From Chrysomallon squamiferum (Eukaryota; Animalia; Mollusca): a stretch of 64,000 nt of DNA. The stretch lies in assembly GCA_012295275.1 (NCBI GenBank), contig CM022672.1, forward strand, positions 11,842,001 to 11,906,000, in the 5' to 3' direction. Shown here piece by piece: positions 42,837-55,460 of this stretch (within the stretch, counting starts at the first letter, position 1; each line of letters starts with the position of its first letter). The notes under the pieces are model-generated. The model had not been told where the DNA came from. It did not search any database and saw nothing but the letters and a program-made list of their open reading frames with translations. The position numbers and the translations under genes were made by a program.

Positions 42837-43429
42837 ACTTATTTGTTTCATACATTTGATACTCAATACAATGATCATAAAACTGGCTTTCACAGAAGCA
42901 GCAAATGATATCATTGTATGTGCAATAAGCTACGTAATCAGAAACAAATATAAAAACAGAGAATCTTTATACTCTGATTATTTTCCTTTGATTAAACAAA
43001 GCGTCTTTTGTTCAGACGGTCCTAATAAAAGTGTCAAGTACTGGGTATGATTACTGCTGTAACACAGAACTTTCATCACACAGACACCAGCCACCTGACA
43101 TGGTAACTGCAGAAGTTACAAAATCAGTTTCAGTTAGTGCAGTTACATTCCTTTATAAACTGTCTGTGAAAAGATACAGGCCTATAATATGTAATATTGT
43201 AAAAGAGCTCATTTTCAAAAAAAATGTATTTATAGTTCTTGGCATAGTGCACTTTTATGTGGAGTATTTTTCATCTAAAAGCAGTTCTCTACTCTTTATG
43301 ACACCGAATTTATTACCATAGCTGTTCAGTGAATGGTGCTTCAAATACCAATACCATCTCATTCAGACACTGTTTGAATCAAGGTGTCAGATTTGATAAC
43401 AGGTGACATCACAGAATAAATACCTTTGG

Positions 43430-43775
43430 TGGGGTATTAAGTGGTGAAAGAAAGAAAAACCTTCAACTGAACAATCACTGAAAGTGAGTGGGAACCAAAA
43501 ATATATATTTGATGAATATTATGCGGGTATTAAGTGGGGGAAGAGAGAAGGATCACAAACACAATAATCTTTGAAGTGAGAGGAGGAAACAAAATATGTT
43601 TGATAAAAATTTGTTTGATATATTAAGTGGGGGTAAGAAAAAAAAAATTTAACACAATAATCTTTGAAAGTGAGTGTGGAAAAACATAAATTTGATGACT
43701 ATTGTGTTGGTATTAAGTGGGAAAAAAACCTATATATAAACAACAGTGTTCACTGAGAGTAAGAGGGGGAATGAA
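43430..43775. repeat. About 93-bp tandem repeat, about 4 units
   Basis: TATTAAGTGG recurs near 43435, 43528, 43621 and 43711, each followed by GAAAGTGAG-like and TTTGAT motifs. Confidence 0.85.
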
Positions 43776-43984
43776 GATTGTGACTAAACAAAAAGTGTAC
43801 TTGAGGTGATTCTCATGGTTTATAAAGGATTTTTTTTATACTTCTAAGTTTATATTTTATGGTTTTGGCTGACCTGTAATTGTTAATAATAAAGATTATC
43901 AATAAAACAATTCTGTTCCAGCCATTTTAGGCCTCCAAAACTTTAGTCAGGACATCATATATATCTTTCTATTGGCTAAGACAC

Positions 43985-44290
43985 ACTTACTATATCCCTT
44001 TTTACTCCATGATGGAGCAATGATGGGATTGAGAAATAGCCCAAAGAATGCATAAAGTGGAAATGATCCTGGGACCCCTATAATAACACATTCAAACCTA
44101 CAGCTTCACTCTACTGTGTGGATATGTACAAGGCTGAAACAGACGCTATATTTTGTCAAGCCTTTATGCACTTATTGATTAGCCAAAAGAAATCTCTTGT
44201 ATTCACCTTCCCACAGACAGGAATACACAGTATTTGATAAACCAAGTTTTTGAACAGGAAAAGCCCAACAATTTTACAGCTGAAGGATCC
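43985..44290 (-). mobile_element. Two adjacent SINE fragments, same family
   Basis: TGGAGCA..GAGAAATAGCCCAA near 44015-44045, then GATTAGCC..CACCTTCCCACAGACAGGA near 44177-44222. Confidence 0.55.
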
Positions 44291-44796
44291 TCTGAACAGT
44301 TTGACCAGAATGAAATAAAATAAATAACGAAAAAAAAAAAAAATCTTTTTGAAATCCTAATTTACAGATTTCAACCTCTTGCTATGACCATAAAACCACA
44401 AATTAAAGGAAATACGTTACATCAGTTAATTCTGTACCAATCAGGTAACTTTTTGTAATTCACAAAACACCCAATCAGAGCTTCCTGCCAGGAGCTGGGG
44501 AGACGATTAGATCAGATTAGACATAATATTAGCTAAGCCGTGAAGGAAGTGGTTATGTGAGCGTAAAATTTAGCTCAGAGCTATAGCACATAAATCAGAA
44601 AAGCCTAGCTGCAGTGATAAATAGAAATGTTAATCTGGCTGCCACACCTTATCACTATCTCTGAAGTAAGACATAAATGATAGCAGTGACATAATATTAT
44701 TATTAGTAGTAGTAGTAGTAGTAGTATATCATTATTATTATTATAATTATGAGTATTTAATTATTATTACTGTTACTATTATCACTATCACTATTA

Positions 44797-44837
<41 letters not shown>

Positions 44838-45747
44838 ATGAATTCAAAAATGATTTAAAGTTTTTGATTTAGAAGGATTTTAATTTTTTTTTTTTTTTTT
44901 TTTAATGACTCATGCAAAATTTAAAAATTTGTAGAGAAATATTATAAAACTAGAGAAAAATACACCAAACAAACAAAATATAATAATAAAATTTTAAAAA
45001 TTAACTACTTAAAAAAATAATTTAAATTTCATTTTGTTTTCAACTCTGCAGGAATTATTAATTGCAATGAAAAAATATACCACTCTTTTAGTTATGATAT
45101 TTAATCAGACCTTAATAATAATAACTGTAAAAAATTCTATAACACTCTTTTTAAAAAAAACAGTGGAAAGAATTTTTTTATAAAATAAACAAATGAATAA
45201 AAACATCAATAATAAAAATTCCAGTAATTTTGAATCTGAATCTAAGATAATACTTAAGAAAAAAGTGTATTATATTCTATTGTGGATAATTTATTAAGAA
45301 ATTCTCTTTGTTCGATATCATATTTTCGCTTTATATCCTTCAAACTGACTTCATAATAGTCTCAGAAAGCAAAAGAAAACACAATCAATCAAATATTAAT
45401 AAATAAATTATCAGATGTTTTTTGTTTGTTTTTTTTGTTATAGAAAGAAAGGAAAGGAAAAAACAAGTGATGTATGAATGTGAACAAGTAAAATCTTTGA
45501 ATGCTTTACTGTTGAGATTGGGGAAAAAATATTAAAATGTAACTTCTTTACTAGATAGTTTTGACACAAAGGTTCACTAAGGATGTTTAAGTGAACTATC
45601 ATTCATTACAACAACCAAACAGGAAAATCTCTGAATGGTTTTCTTAATTAATGACTTTGAAAGAAGCAAAAAAATCTAACCTTTATTCTGAGACATTTGG
45701 CCATAAAGTTTCATTCACGATTTCAAAGTGAATTTTCACTACAAAAG

Positions 45748-46000
45748 GAGGAGGAAATGTTTTATGTTGTAACACACACACAACCATTCTCATTTAATGT
45801 TATATTACCTCACAGCTATAGAAGATAATAAGTAACAGCAACAAAACCAAGTCTAGCTCCAATTATCAGCAAGTGATGTTTTATTAGTAGTACCTTCCCA
45901 CAGATTGGAAAATACAACACACAGCCTTTGATAAGTTAGTCATGGTACATTAGTTGGAAAATTTTCCACACCAGAAATGGATCCAGAGACCTTGTGTGTC
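45748..46000 (-). mobile_element. Decayed SINE, same family
   Basis: GGAAATGTTTTAT ... CAGCAAG ... ACCTTCCCACAGA ... CACAGCCTTTGATAA, matching the copy at 60600-61170. Confidence 0.65.
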
Positions 46001-47066
46001 CTCTAAACACTGAAGAAAAGGAGAGATAAAATTCACTGGTGTTACTTGATTGGTTATTAAACTTTTTTCTCTAGCAGCAAGGGCTAATTTACATACCTCT
46101 TCTGACAGCAAACAACCATAAAGCATGACCTTTGACAAAACTGCTCCTCATTACTATTTAGTGTCTTGCTAAGCATTTGCACGAATTCTTTAATAAATAT
46201 TTTACTAGAGAATGCAAATAAATTAATAATAATAATAATACTAATGGTTTCATTTCCGTCATTTTATGGAATAAGGCTTTATTGAACATGTCATCATTTG
46301 TAAGGACAGCCAGTAAACTCTCTGAAATAATAAATATGTCAGATGTCAACTAATGGTGCGTCAGGTTTGATTTAAAGGTATAGAAGCTTCACACTTCTCT
46401 TGCAGAATCTGGTGATGTAACTGATGCTAATTGATGTTACTTCCTTCAGAATTTTAATGACTAGTTTACCAAGTGCACCTGCATTTAGCTAACAGTTAGG
46501 GAGGGGAGCATGTATTTGTCAATGTCAGAACCCAAAATTTTCTAGAAAAAGTTTCCACATGAAGATTTTGGAGACTCTCAACAGTTCAGAAATTCCAAAC
46601 CCATCCAAATGTCTCAGCCTGTTAGAATTGGATTTAATGGGGCAGAGCTAAAATGTTAGGTATTTGTTTTAGAAGTATAATTTAATTACTAGAGCAATAT
46701 CTTTTCAAAGAAGTTTTAATAAATTTGTTTTAAAAGTTTAGTTTAATTACAGGGGCAACATCTTATCCAAAATCTTTATATGTGTTTGAAGAATGCACTT
46801 AAATTACGAGAAACTCTTCGCAAAAAAACATTATTTCTCTGATTGTAATATCCTTTTTTGACATTCGTGTTTTGATTTAATAACTAAAATAACACAGAGT
46901 CTTGTCTGCTACAAAGTAGGATGTGGTAAAGTACTTGCTTTAAAGCTGGATGATTATAAAGTTATTCTTTTTTTAACTGTTTTTGCTGTTTCTTTTTCTT
47001 TTTTAAATTATTTCATTTATTTATAATCATTAATAATTACTATAAAAAATGTATTATATATATTTA

Positions 47067-47100
<34 letters not shown>

Positions 47101-47867
47101 ATTATTATTTTTATTATTATGGTTTATCATAAATTGGATTATTAAAATCATTATCTTTTGGCAGCTCTTCTTTTTTTTTTAATTATTAAAACAGCACAGG
47201 AAGTGTCTTTTACAAACTTATGTGTGATAAAATATGTTTTGAAATTTAATGATGACATAGTGAACCTTTTTTGGCATTTTGTTTTAAAAAAAAGAAAAAA
47301 ATTAGTAACTAAAACATTACAGAACATGACTTTTACAAACCCAACTGGGGTGTGATAAAGAAATAAGTTTTAAAACAGGATGATTACCAAGTTATGACAT
47401 CTAAATCTGGACTGTTACAAAGGAATGTCTGTTGATGTTGGTGGTATTAAAACAGGGAGTGTTTACTACTGTTACAGAAGTTAATGACAAACTATTAAAT
47501 ATCTGACTAACTGAAAGTGAATCTGACCTTCTGATTAACTGTTACTATTGTTGTTTTTTTTGTCTTTTTACAGGGACTGTTTTACAGACTATTGTTTGTA
47601 TTTTTGTTTTTTAAATGAATAGGAAGGTTTTAATATATATATATAATGAATAGTTGAAAATGTACATACACACAAATGCACATACAGAGACACATATGTA
47701 TACACACGTACAGATAAATAAGTTTGTAGATACATACTTCCATCCATACATACAAACAAACATACATACACACTTACATACAAAGGTATACAGCTAAAAT
47801 TTAACTGGCATCTCTAACAGACTATTTTCACAAATTAGCTGCCACAGATAATTTACAGGCATTATTT

Positions 47868-47943
47868 ATAGACATTCCACTGAGCACATTTGAACCTGGG
47901 ACCTACTACAGCTCATTCAAACACTCATACAATGAGCTACATG
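47868..47943 (-). mobile_element. tRNA-like SINE head fragment
   Basis: Minus strand reads ATGTAGCTCATTGT (A-box-like) and GGTTCAAATG (B-box-like). No intact cloverleaf. Confidence 0.5.
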
Positions 47944-48079
47944 TACTATGTGCATATCCATTTATTAAGAACAAAAAATCAGATTTGTGATGACTTTTTC
48001 ATATTAGTTCCTACTTTGTTTAATCTACTTGTTAATAAAATTATTTTTAAATTAATATTTGTTTAATTACACATCTCAA

Positions 48080-48270
48080 TACGTTACTGTTAACAGTTAT
48101 TAGCTATTAGTATGTTTATTGTATTAAAACATCAAAGAAGATACCTGCTGATGCTCATGGGTTACTCTTACTGATTAGCAGCAAGAAATATTTTTATATA
48201 GACCTTATCATAAACAGAAAAAAAACGTCTTTGATAAAACAGTCAAAGGGCATGAGCAGTTATAGGAATA
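48080..48270 (-). mobile_element. Decayed SINE, same family
   Basis: ACCTGCTGATGCTCATGGGTTACTCTTACTGATTAGCAGCAAG ... CTTTGATAAAACAGTC. Confidence 0.6.
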
Positions 48271-50280
48271 TTAATAGTCAACATTTACATAACTGTTTGT
48301 TTATAGATAAGATATTTTTTAAAGTCTCTTTTTTTTTTGTGTATATTTTATTACAAACTGAGAAAAATATTAAAACTGAAAAGAGGTTTCTTTCATCTTT
48401 GTATTTAAACAAGCCATTAACCATAATAAATTAGATGTGAATACAAGTGAAAACCGTGCATGTTTTTTAAATCTTGTATTTTTTTTTTCGGCTCCCGGTC
48501 TTCAACAAGATCAAGTTAACAAAAAGAAAACATTTTAGAAAAAAACCAACAAATAAATAAAAACAAATAAAAATAACCACTGATCAACTAGAAATTAATA
48601 AATAAATAAATAAATAAATAAATAAACATTTTAGAAAATAAAAAAATAAAAATTATGAATAAAAAAACTGATTTTTATAACTTCTGCCATTTCATTTCCT
48701 TAAAATAAGAATGAACAATTTATCATTTCTTTCTTACTTTTTTTTTTTTAGTTATGATTATTATTATTTTTTTAAATCTGTCACTTTGCTAAGCAAACCA
48801 ACCAGCTGATTGACCACATCACCATAGATACCAGACATATTCTTGACCTTTAGGAGTTAACCATTACCCAAGAGATTTCGAAATGAAACCATTAACATAT
48901 GAAGAAATTAAAAAAATGAAATCTATACGAAAATTTGATATGTATATAAAAGGTTAAGGAGCCAGATTTCAGAAGTACAAGAAATAACACAGAATAATCA
49001 GAGTTTCACAAATATACAAGATCACTGATAAACTTTTCCCTTACTTTCATTTTCTTTTCTTTTTTTCACTATACTTATTTATTTATTTTTATAAAGTTTT
49101 ATTTTTCACTGGCTTGTATGTACATCTTTATTACTCTAAGTTTTTATTTTTAATTTTATTATTATTATTATTATTATTATTCTTACATTATGTTTTCATT
49201 AAATACATTTATTTTACTTTAAAAGAGGTTTCAGTTATTTATGGAATTGCATGAACATCTTTATTATAATTAATTTTTTTTTAAAGTTTTAATAAATAAT
49301 ATTTTCATTATATTTCTCTAAATTTGCTTTATTAAGAGGTTTCAGTTTTCACTGAATGGTATCAGTGTCTGTGTTATTTTATTTTATGACTGTTTTTCAC
49401 TGCTTAATTTTTTTCATTGTTTCTCTTCAAATTACTTAATAAGTTTCATTTTACATCAGAGACATAAATCAGTGTCTGACTACATCATTAAAAGTTCTGT
49501 TTTTTTAATATTTATCACAGCTTTTGTATTAAAATAATATTTTATGCATAATGAATACATACAATAATAATAAAAATACAAAATAAAATAAAATGAATTG
49601 AAATAAAAATGAAAATGAAATGAAATAAAATAAAATAAAATAATATAAAATAAAATAAAAACAAGGATTCCATTTAAAGTACAGACATGCAAATTGATTA
49701 TTTAAATCCATGTTAATACCTGGTTTCTTATTTACTATAATTATATTATTTCAGTGTCCAAGTTATTTCTACCTATTCATAATGGCTTCCTGAATTTTAT
49801 TTTGTATTGTTCCACTGTCGCATGGGTACCATATATTATCTGGCAAGATAATACAGATATTCTTGCTACTACTGTACTAATATCTAGACAACATATCTTT
49901 TGTCATCAAAAATTGCAATGCATCAATATGTCTTTATTAACTCATCCATTTATTATAAACTACAATATTCCTGAAAACTTAAACAGCTTAACCTTTGCCC
50001 TGTCTGACTCAACAGTGGTCTGTTCTTGTTGTGATTTGTCTCACTGAATTTCACCTCCATGGCTTTGACATAATGACTTCTGTAATTCAGAATGAAGTCT
50101 CTGAAACTGGAGGTGACACCAGAAGCTGTGTGGATTAGGTAAGATTACTGTTAGGCAATTAGTATCTCACCAGCAGCTATGTAACATGGCTTTCACTCCC
50201 AGGCTAAACTGTGTGGTCCAGTCACACATCACTGATCAAAGCAGTGCGCTTCGTCGCACTTTGTTTTCAAAATTTGTCTC

Positions 50281-50556
50281 AGTGATAATCATTAAAAATT
50301 TGTATTAGTGGTAATCACTAAAAATTTGTATTAGTGGTAATCACTAAAAAAATGTATTTGTGATACTCACTAAAAATTTGTATTATTGTTAATCATTAAG
50401 AATTTATATAAGTGATAATCACTAAGAATTTTATCAGTGATAATCATTAAGAATTTATATTAGCAATAATAACTAAAAATGTGCATTAGTGATAACCATG
50501 AAAAAATGTATTAGTGATAATCACTAAAAAACTATTAGTGATAATCACTCAAATTT
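50281..50556. repeat. 26-bp minisatellite, about 11 units, palindromic core
   Basis: Unit AGTGATAATCACTAAAAATTTGTATT, counted directly. The core TTAGTGAT-A-ATCACTAA is an inverted repeat. Confidence 0.95.
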
Positions 50557-50558
50557 CA

Positions 50559-50798
50559 TTTATCCCAAATGCTTAGGGCTTAAAGGGTTTTTGATATCTG
50601 AATTTTTTGTTTTTTGGATTTTAAGGAGATTACGAGAGAATGAGATCTAAGTCTCAATATAAAATATGTTTTATATTTCATATACAGCTTATACAAATAA
50701 TCTAAAGATTATTTTTTATATATCTTTAATAATTTTGTGTACGAAACAAAGTTTGTATATGCAGAACAATCCTAAAATTGCAAAATATCTGTATCACC
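50559..50798 (-). mobile_element. Tigger4/Zombi-like (pogo superfamily) DNA transposon 3' terminal fragment
   Basis: Collinear blocks TTATCCCAAATGCTTAGG, AAGTCT, TTTCATATACAGCTTATACA and AATAATTTTGTGTACGAAACAAAGTTTGTA resemble the reverse complement of the Tigger4 3' end as I recall it. Not database-verified. Confidence 0.6.
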
Positions 50799-51589
50799 AT
50801 AAAATGTGCAGATGACATTCAAAGCAGACTACCTGAAAGGCAAAGAATTTGACTCATGCTGGTTTTAATTCAAATTATAAATAATGTTCACACACACACA
50901 CTGCACTGAATTCTATTTTATTTAAAATATAAATTTTGAAAATATTCTACAACTCTGCAACTACATGTTCAAACAGACATTATTATCACAAATGTAATTA
51001 CAAGAAGAAAAAAACCCTGAACATTCTGCAATGGCAGATTATTCAAGTACATCCCTCTAGAAAATTAAAAAAGTATAAAAATTAAAAAAAAATGAGGTTA
51101 ATGGGTATCTTGGGGAAAAAAATAAAAATTACTGGCAAATATTGACTTCAGAAGTTTTGAACAAACAACGATAATACTTCTTTTTTTTTTTTTACGTTTT
51201 ACTCTCACTTTACGAGTTTGTTTTTTGTTTCAGAATTGTTTGGCAATATCTACAGCAGTTTGGAGAAAATACAATGTTAACATTCCTGCAATTGACTACA
51301 CAATAAAAATGCATTGTGTAACTCTTTGAAGAGTGAGGTAATTTAGATGAGTTAGATAACAGACACAAGAACACTTTCTATTGTAAAAGTCTTCAAGTCT
51401 TGCGCTAATGTCAGATCCAAACAAAATGGCCGACAAGCAAAATTGTATCCTGACTATCAGATCCCTTTGTATGCAAAGAAGACTTTCTATTGTGAAAATC
51501 TTCAACAGTCTTGTGGAAATGTCAGCAACCTCTTCCTACTGGAAATTCAGAATCAATCCCATTGTATATAAAATTACTGATAATGTTGA

Positions 51590-51900
51590 AGTACCATGAA
51601 TCTTAGGTTCAGTCCTACTGAACTAACATGTCAGTACCACCTAAAAACATTTGAAATATATTTTCCCATTCAGACCATCACATCGTAACTGCTTCATTAA
51701 AAACTGTAGAATATTTTCCTGTCTATGAGAAGGTATGCATAAATGAACTCTTGCTGCTAGTCAAAACAGATTATGTGATACCACTGACTTTCAGTTTTCA
51801 TTATCTACATAGTCCTTGACCACACACATATTAAAGATACCGTAAAAACGATAGATTAAAAATGTCTTTGAGTTAATTATTATATAAAACATTTCTGTCT
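51590..51900 (+). mobile_element. Decayed SINE, same family
   Basis: CCTGTCTATGAGAAGGTATGCATAAATGAACTCTTGCTGCTAG and the tail ATAAAACATTTC are reverse complements of the shared core and tail. Confidence 0.65.
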
Positions 51901-54900
51901 TCCAGAATTTAACCAAAGATTATCATGTCATATTTAGAACATTGCAGATGATGTTGTTGTGTCAGTGGTATTAAAATTGATTCTTGTCCAACAAGGGTAA
52001 ACTAATATTGGAATGTAAACTAAAAGTAATTGTATGTAAAAAGTCTGGGTCCCGGGGGTGTTTTGGCTGACATGTGCTTCACTAATAGCAGCTACTGACA
52101 ATGTGCTGAGGTCACCCAGCAAAATATTCCATTCCCCATCCCCCTGCTGTGTTTGCCAATGATCACAGTTTATCAAGATGTCTGGCAGACACTTCACTTC
52201 TGTTGAAATTTAACTCAGATTCTGTCTACATAAGATATTTACAGAGAAATAAATATTATTCTTAGATTGTTAAAAGCTGACAAGTGTTAGATTCATTCCA
52301 CCATACCAGACTGAAGAGGATTTTTAATTTTTTTTTTTTTTTTTTTTTCTTTGTTTAGTTGCAGTGGTTTTTGCATTATGTGCAAGTTGGCACTCTGCCC
52401 CCTTGCCCTTTGTAGTCTGGAATGTACACTGAAGTGATAACAGTGTGTTCATAGGTGTGGTAATTGTGATATATTATATCTGGTAGTTATATACTAATCA
52501 AAGAATTTCTGGATTGTGGTCTGAATTCAAATTTTCCTTTTTGTATTATGTATGATCTTTAAAATATATCAACTTGTGAAATTCAATTCTGAAACACATT
52601 CCTTTTCTGTCAAAAGCATCTTGCCTTAGATACATGTTAGTGTGTGTGTGTGAGTGAGTGTGTGTGTGTGTGTGTGTGTTGTCTTAATGTCTCTATTATT
52701 TCAAGTTCCAACCTGTGCTCCGAGACTAGAGTAAGAAAAGTTAAGATGAGGTATTTTCATGTGATAGCAAAGGGGTTATTTCATGAAAAAATATTCCTAT
52801 CCATGATATGAAAAACATTTATATTATATTTTATATTCAGTTATGCAAGTAGTGAAATTTGCTATGGTAACTCTAAAATATATCATAATAACAAATATTT
52901 TAAATTTATTTTATTTCATATATATATATATATGTACTTTTCTTTTTCTTTTAAAAAAAAATTAACCTCTGATATACTTTACTAAGGAACATATATATTA
53001 CAAAGAACAACCATTAAATTCACAGTGGTTGTATTTCTGCCCATATTTTACCTCACTCTGTTTCAGCGCACGCTTTAATTGGTAGCTTATGTCAAACTGG
53101 CACTGTTTAATTGTCATTAATAGCCCATAATTGTGCCAAGAATTCAAAGGTGATGACATAAGTAATCTGTGGTGGCTCAACTTGATGCCTCCACACAATT
53201 TACAAGGCTGATATCCACCAGTAATTAGTGTTAGCTGACAAAAACTAATTTCTGTAAATCTGTTCATCTCAAAACATCTCGTGGGTGGGTGAGCCATGCT
53301 TAATCATGAATAAACTCGTTAATAGCTGTTTTATTTTATATCTAATTCTGCTTTTTACAACATTAAATAAATCTGTTATCACCTCATTTTTTATATATAT
53401 ATATATATATCAGCAGTTTTCTTTTATGATTTTAAATAAAACAGCTAATGCCTATTTTATTTTATATCAGCATTTTGTTTTTTTATAATTTTTAAATAAA
53501 TGTAAATGACTAAATTAATGTCTTTATTTTTATATCTTATTTTCGTTTCAAAAATAAATGTGAACAAATGAATTAAGGATTATTTTATTTTTGTGCAAAG
53601 GTTTTGTAATGATAAATGAATGTTAATAAATAAGATAACATTTATTTGTTTTATTTCTATTTATTTATAAATTATATTAAATAAATTCATTAACATCACT
53701 ACTTTAAAAAAATATAGGCCTGTATTTCTGAATAAATATATTTTGTCTATCCTTTTTTTCACTTTCTATTGAAATAATAAATATTCCTTGCGAAATCCTT
53801 CTGATATTTTCTTCTTGTCACAGGTTCAAAAAGTGATGGAATAGTTGTAGGAAATAGAAATATTAAATCTGTTTCTTCCATTTTTTGGATTTTTGTTAAA
53901 TAGAAAGTAAATTTTCAAAATGATTGCCATAAACCATGTTCCTGTTAGTTTTACACTGACAAATGATTTATGAAATAGTAAGTAATATGAAACACACATT
54001 TTATAAATTTCATAATTCTTATTTTCTCTTTCTATTGAAAAACAAGAAAAAAAACACAAAAGAAATGCTATGGGATAAATGCTACAATTTCATATAGATG
54101 AAAGATTTATGAAGCAGTATGAAATATAAATTCTAAGCAGTTTTTCTTTCCTTGTTTTTTTTGCTTCTTTTGAAATAAACTAAATTTTCCATTACAATTT
54201 TCAGAAGTCACAGTTTCATACTGACAAATGATATATGGAACAGCAATATGAAATATAAATTTTATCTCTTTTTATTTTTTTTTTTTTTTTTTTTTTAGCT
54301 TTCTTTTCTTTCCTCATACTTCTGTCAAAATAATAATACTCAGTTTTTGTTCAAGTTCTTAATTTCTAAATCATTTTCACAGAACCACTTTCTTCTGCCA
54401 GAGTCAAAAGAAAGTTCACAAGGATTTAACTCCACACCTTTCAGGTAGTCTACTTCGAATGTCGGCAGCAAGTTTTATGGTGAGTAGTTAAAGTGATGAG
54501 TTGAAAGAGGTGAGCTTCAATTAATTGAATATTAACTAGTTCACACCCACTGTCCACCACCCACTGTCCCTGGACTGAAAACATCTGTAGCAGATATTAA
54601 TTGTGTATAAACAGAAACAATAAAACAAGAAGAAAGGGACGCTTGGCAATCCTTCAGCAGTATAAGAGAAATTAAAATGAGAAGTCAAACACATTTTAGT
54701 GTGGTGATTGCAACAAACAGGTATCTGTCATCTGTGCTATATTTTACTGTGGTGGTTATGACACTGTCGATAATTATCATTAACAATATATATTCTGGTT
54801 TAGATTTTGATAATAGCAATACTGGCACAAGTAGAGGATTCTTTATTTGAAATTCTGCAAGCCAGAATATTTTTATTTTCGCTGTTGTGGTCGTAATTTT

Positions 54901-55394
54901 AACAATGATTTCAGTAACAAAAGGTATCTATAAACCATGATTATGATGTCAATAACAAATGATTTAGTAACTGTGTTATATTGTACCATGTAATAGTTGT
55001 CATATTCCACATCCATTTTACATTTTCCTGCTGTGGTTTTCATGCTAACAATAATGTTAATAACATATCTTCAAACTCCTGTGTTTTACATTACTGCAGT
55101 AGTTATGATTTTCACAGTTCATTTTTATTACTTGTATACAACAAAACAGTAACTGTACCACATTTTAAATCTGTTTATAACCATGCACAGATATGTAATA
55201 ACATAAATATAAACATCATCAAATTCCAGTTTTGCATTCATTATTAAGTTTTTACTCAGCCATGACACACATAGGCAGAAACAATATGTACATCTATTCA
55301 CAAACTCATACACACATGCACATGCATGCAAACTGATACTTTCTCTAATGTACATATGTACTTATAGACACACACATACACACATATGTACGCA

Positions 55395-55396
<2 letters not shown>

Positions 55397-55457
<61 letters not shown>
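55397..55457. repeat. (CT)n microsatellite
   Basis: Seen directly. Confidence 0.95.

Positions 55458-55460
<3 letters not shown>

Noticed and set aside
42598-47943. tRNA genes at the A/B-box-like heads
   Set aside because: No complete cloverleaf; they are SINE heads.
39634-50556. Short-unit arrays as CRISPR arrays
   Set aside because: No unique spacers, no cas genes and a eukaryotic context.
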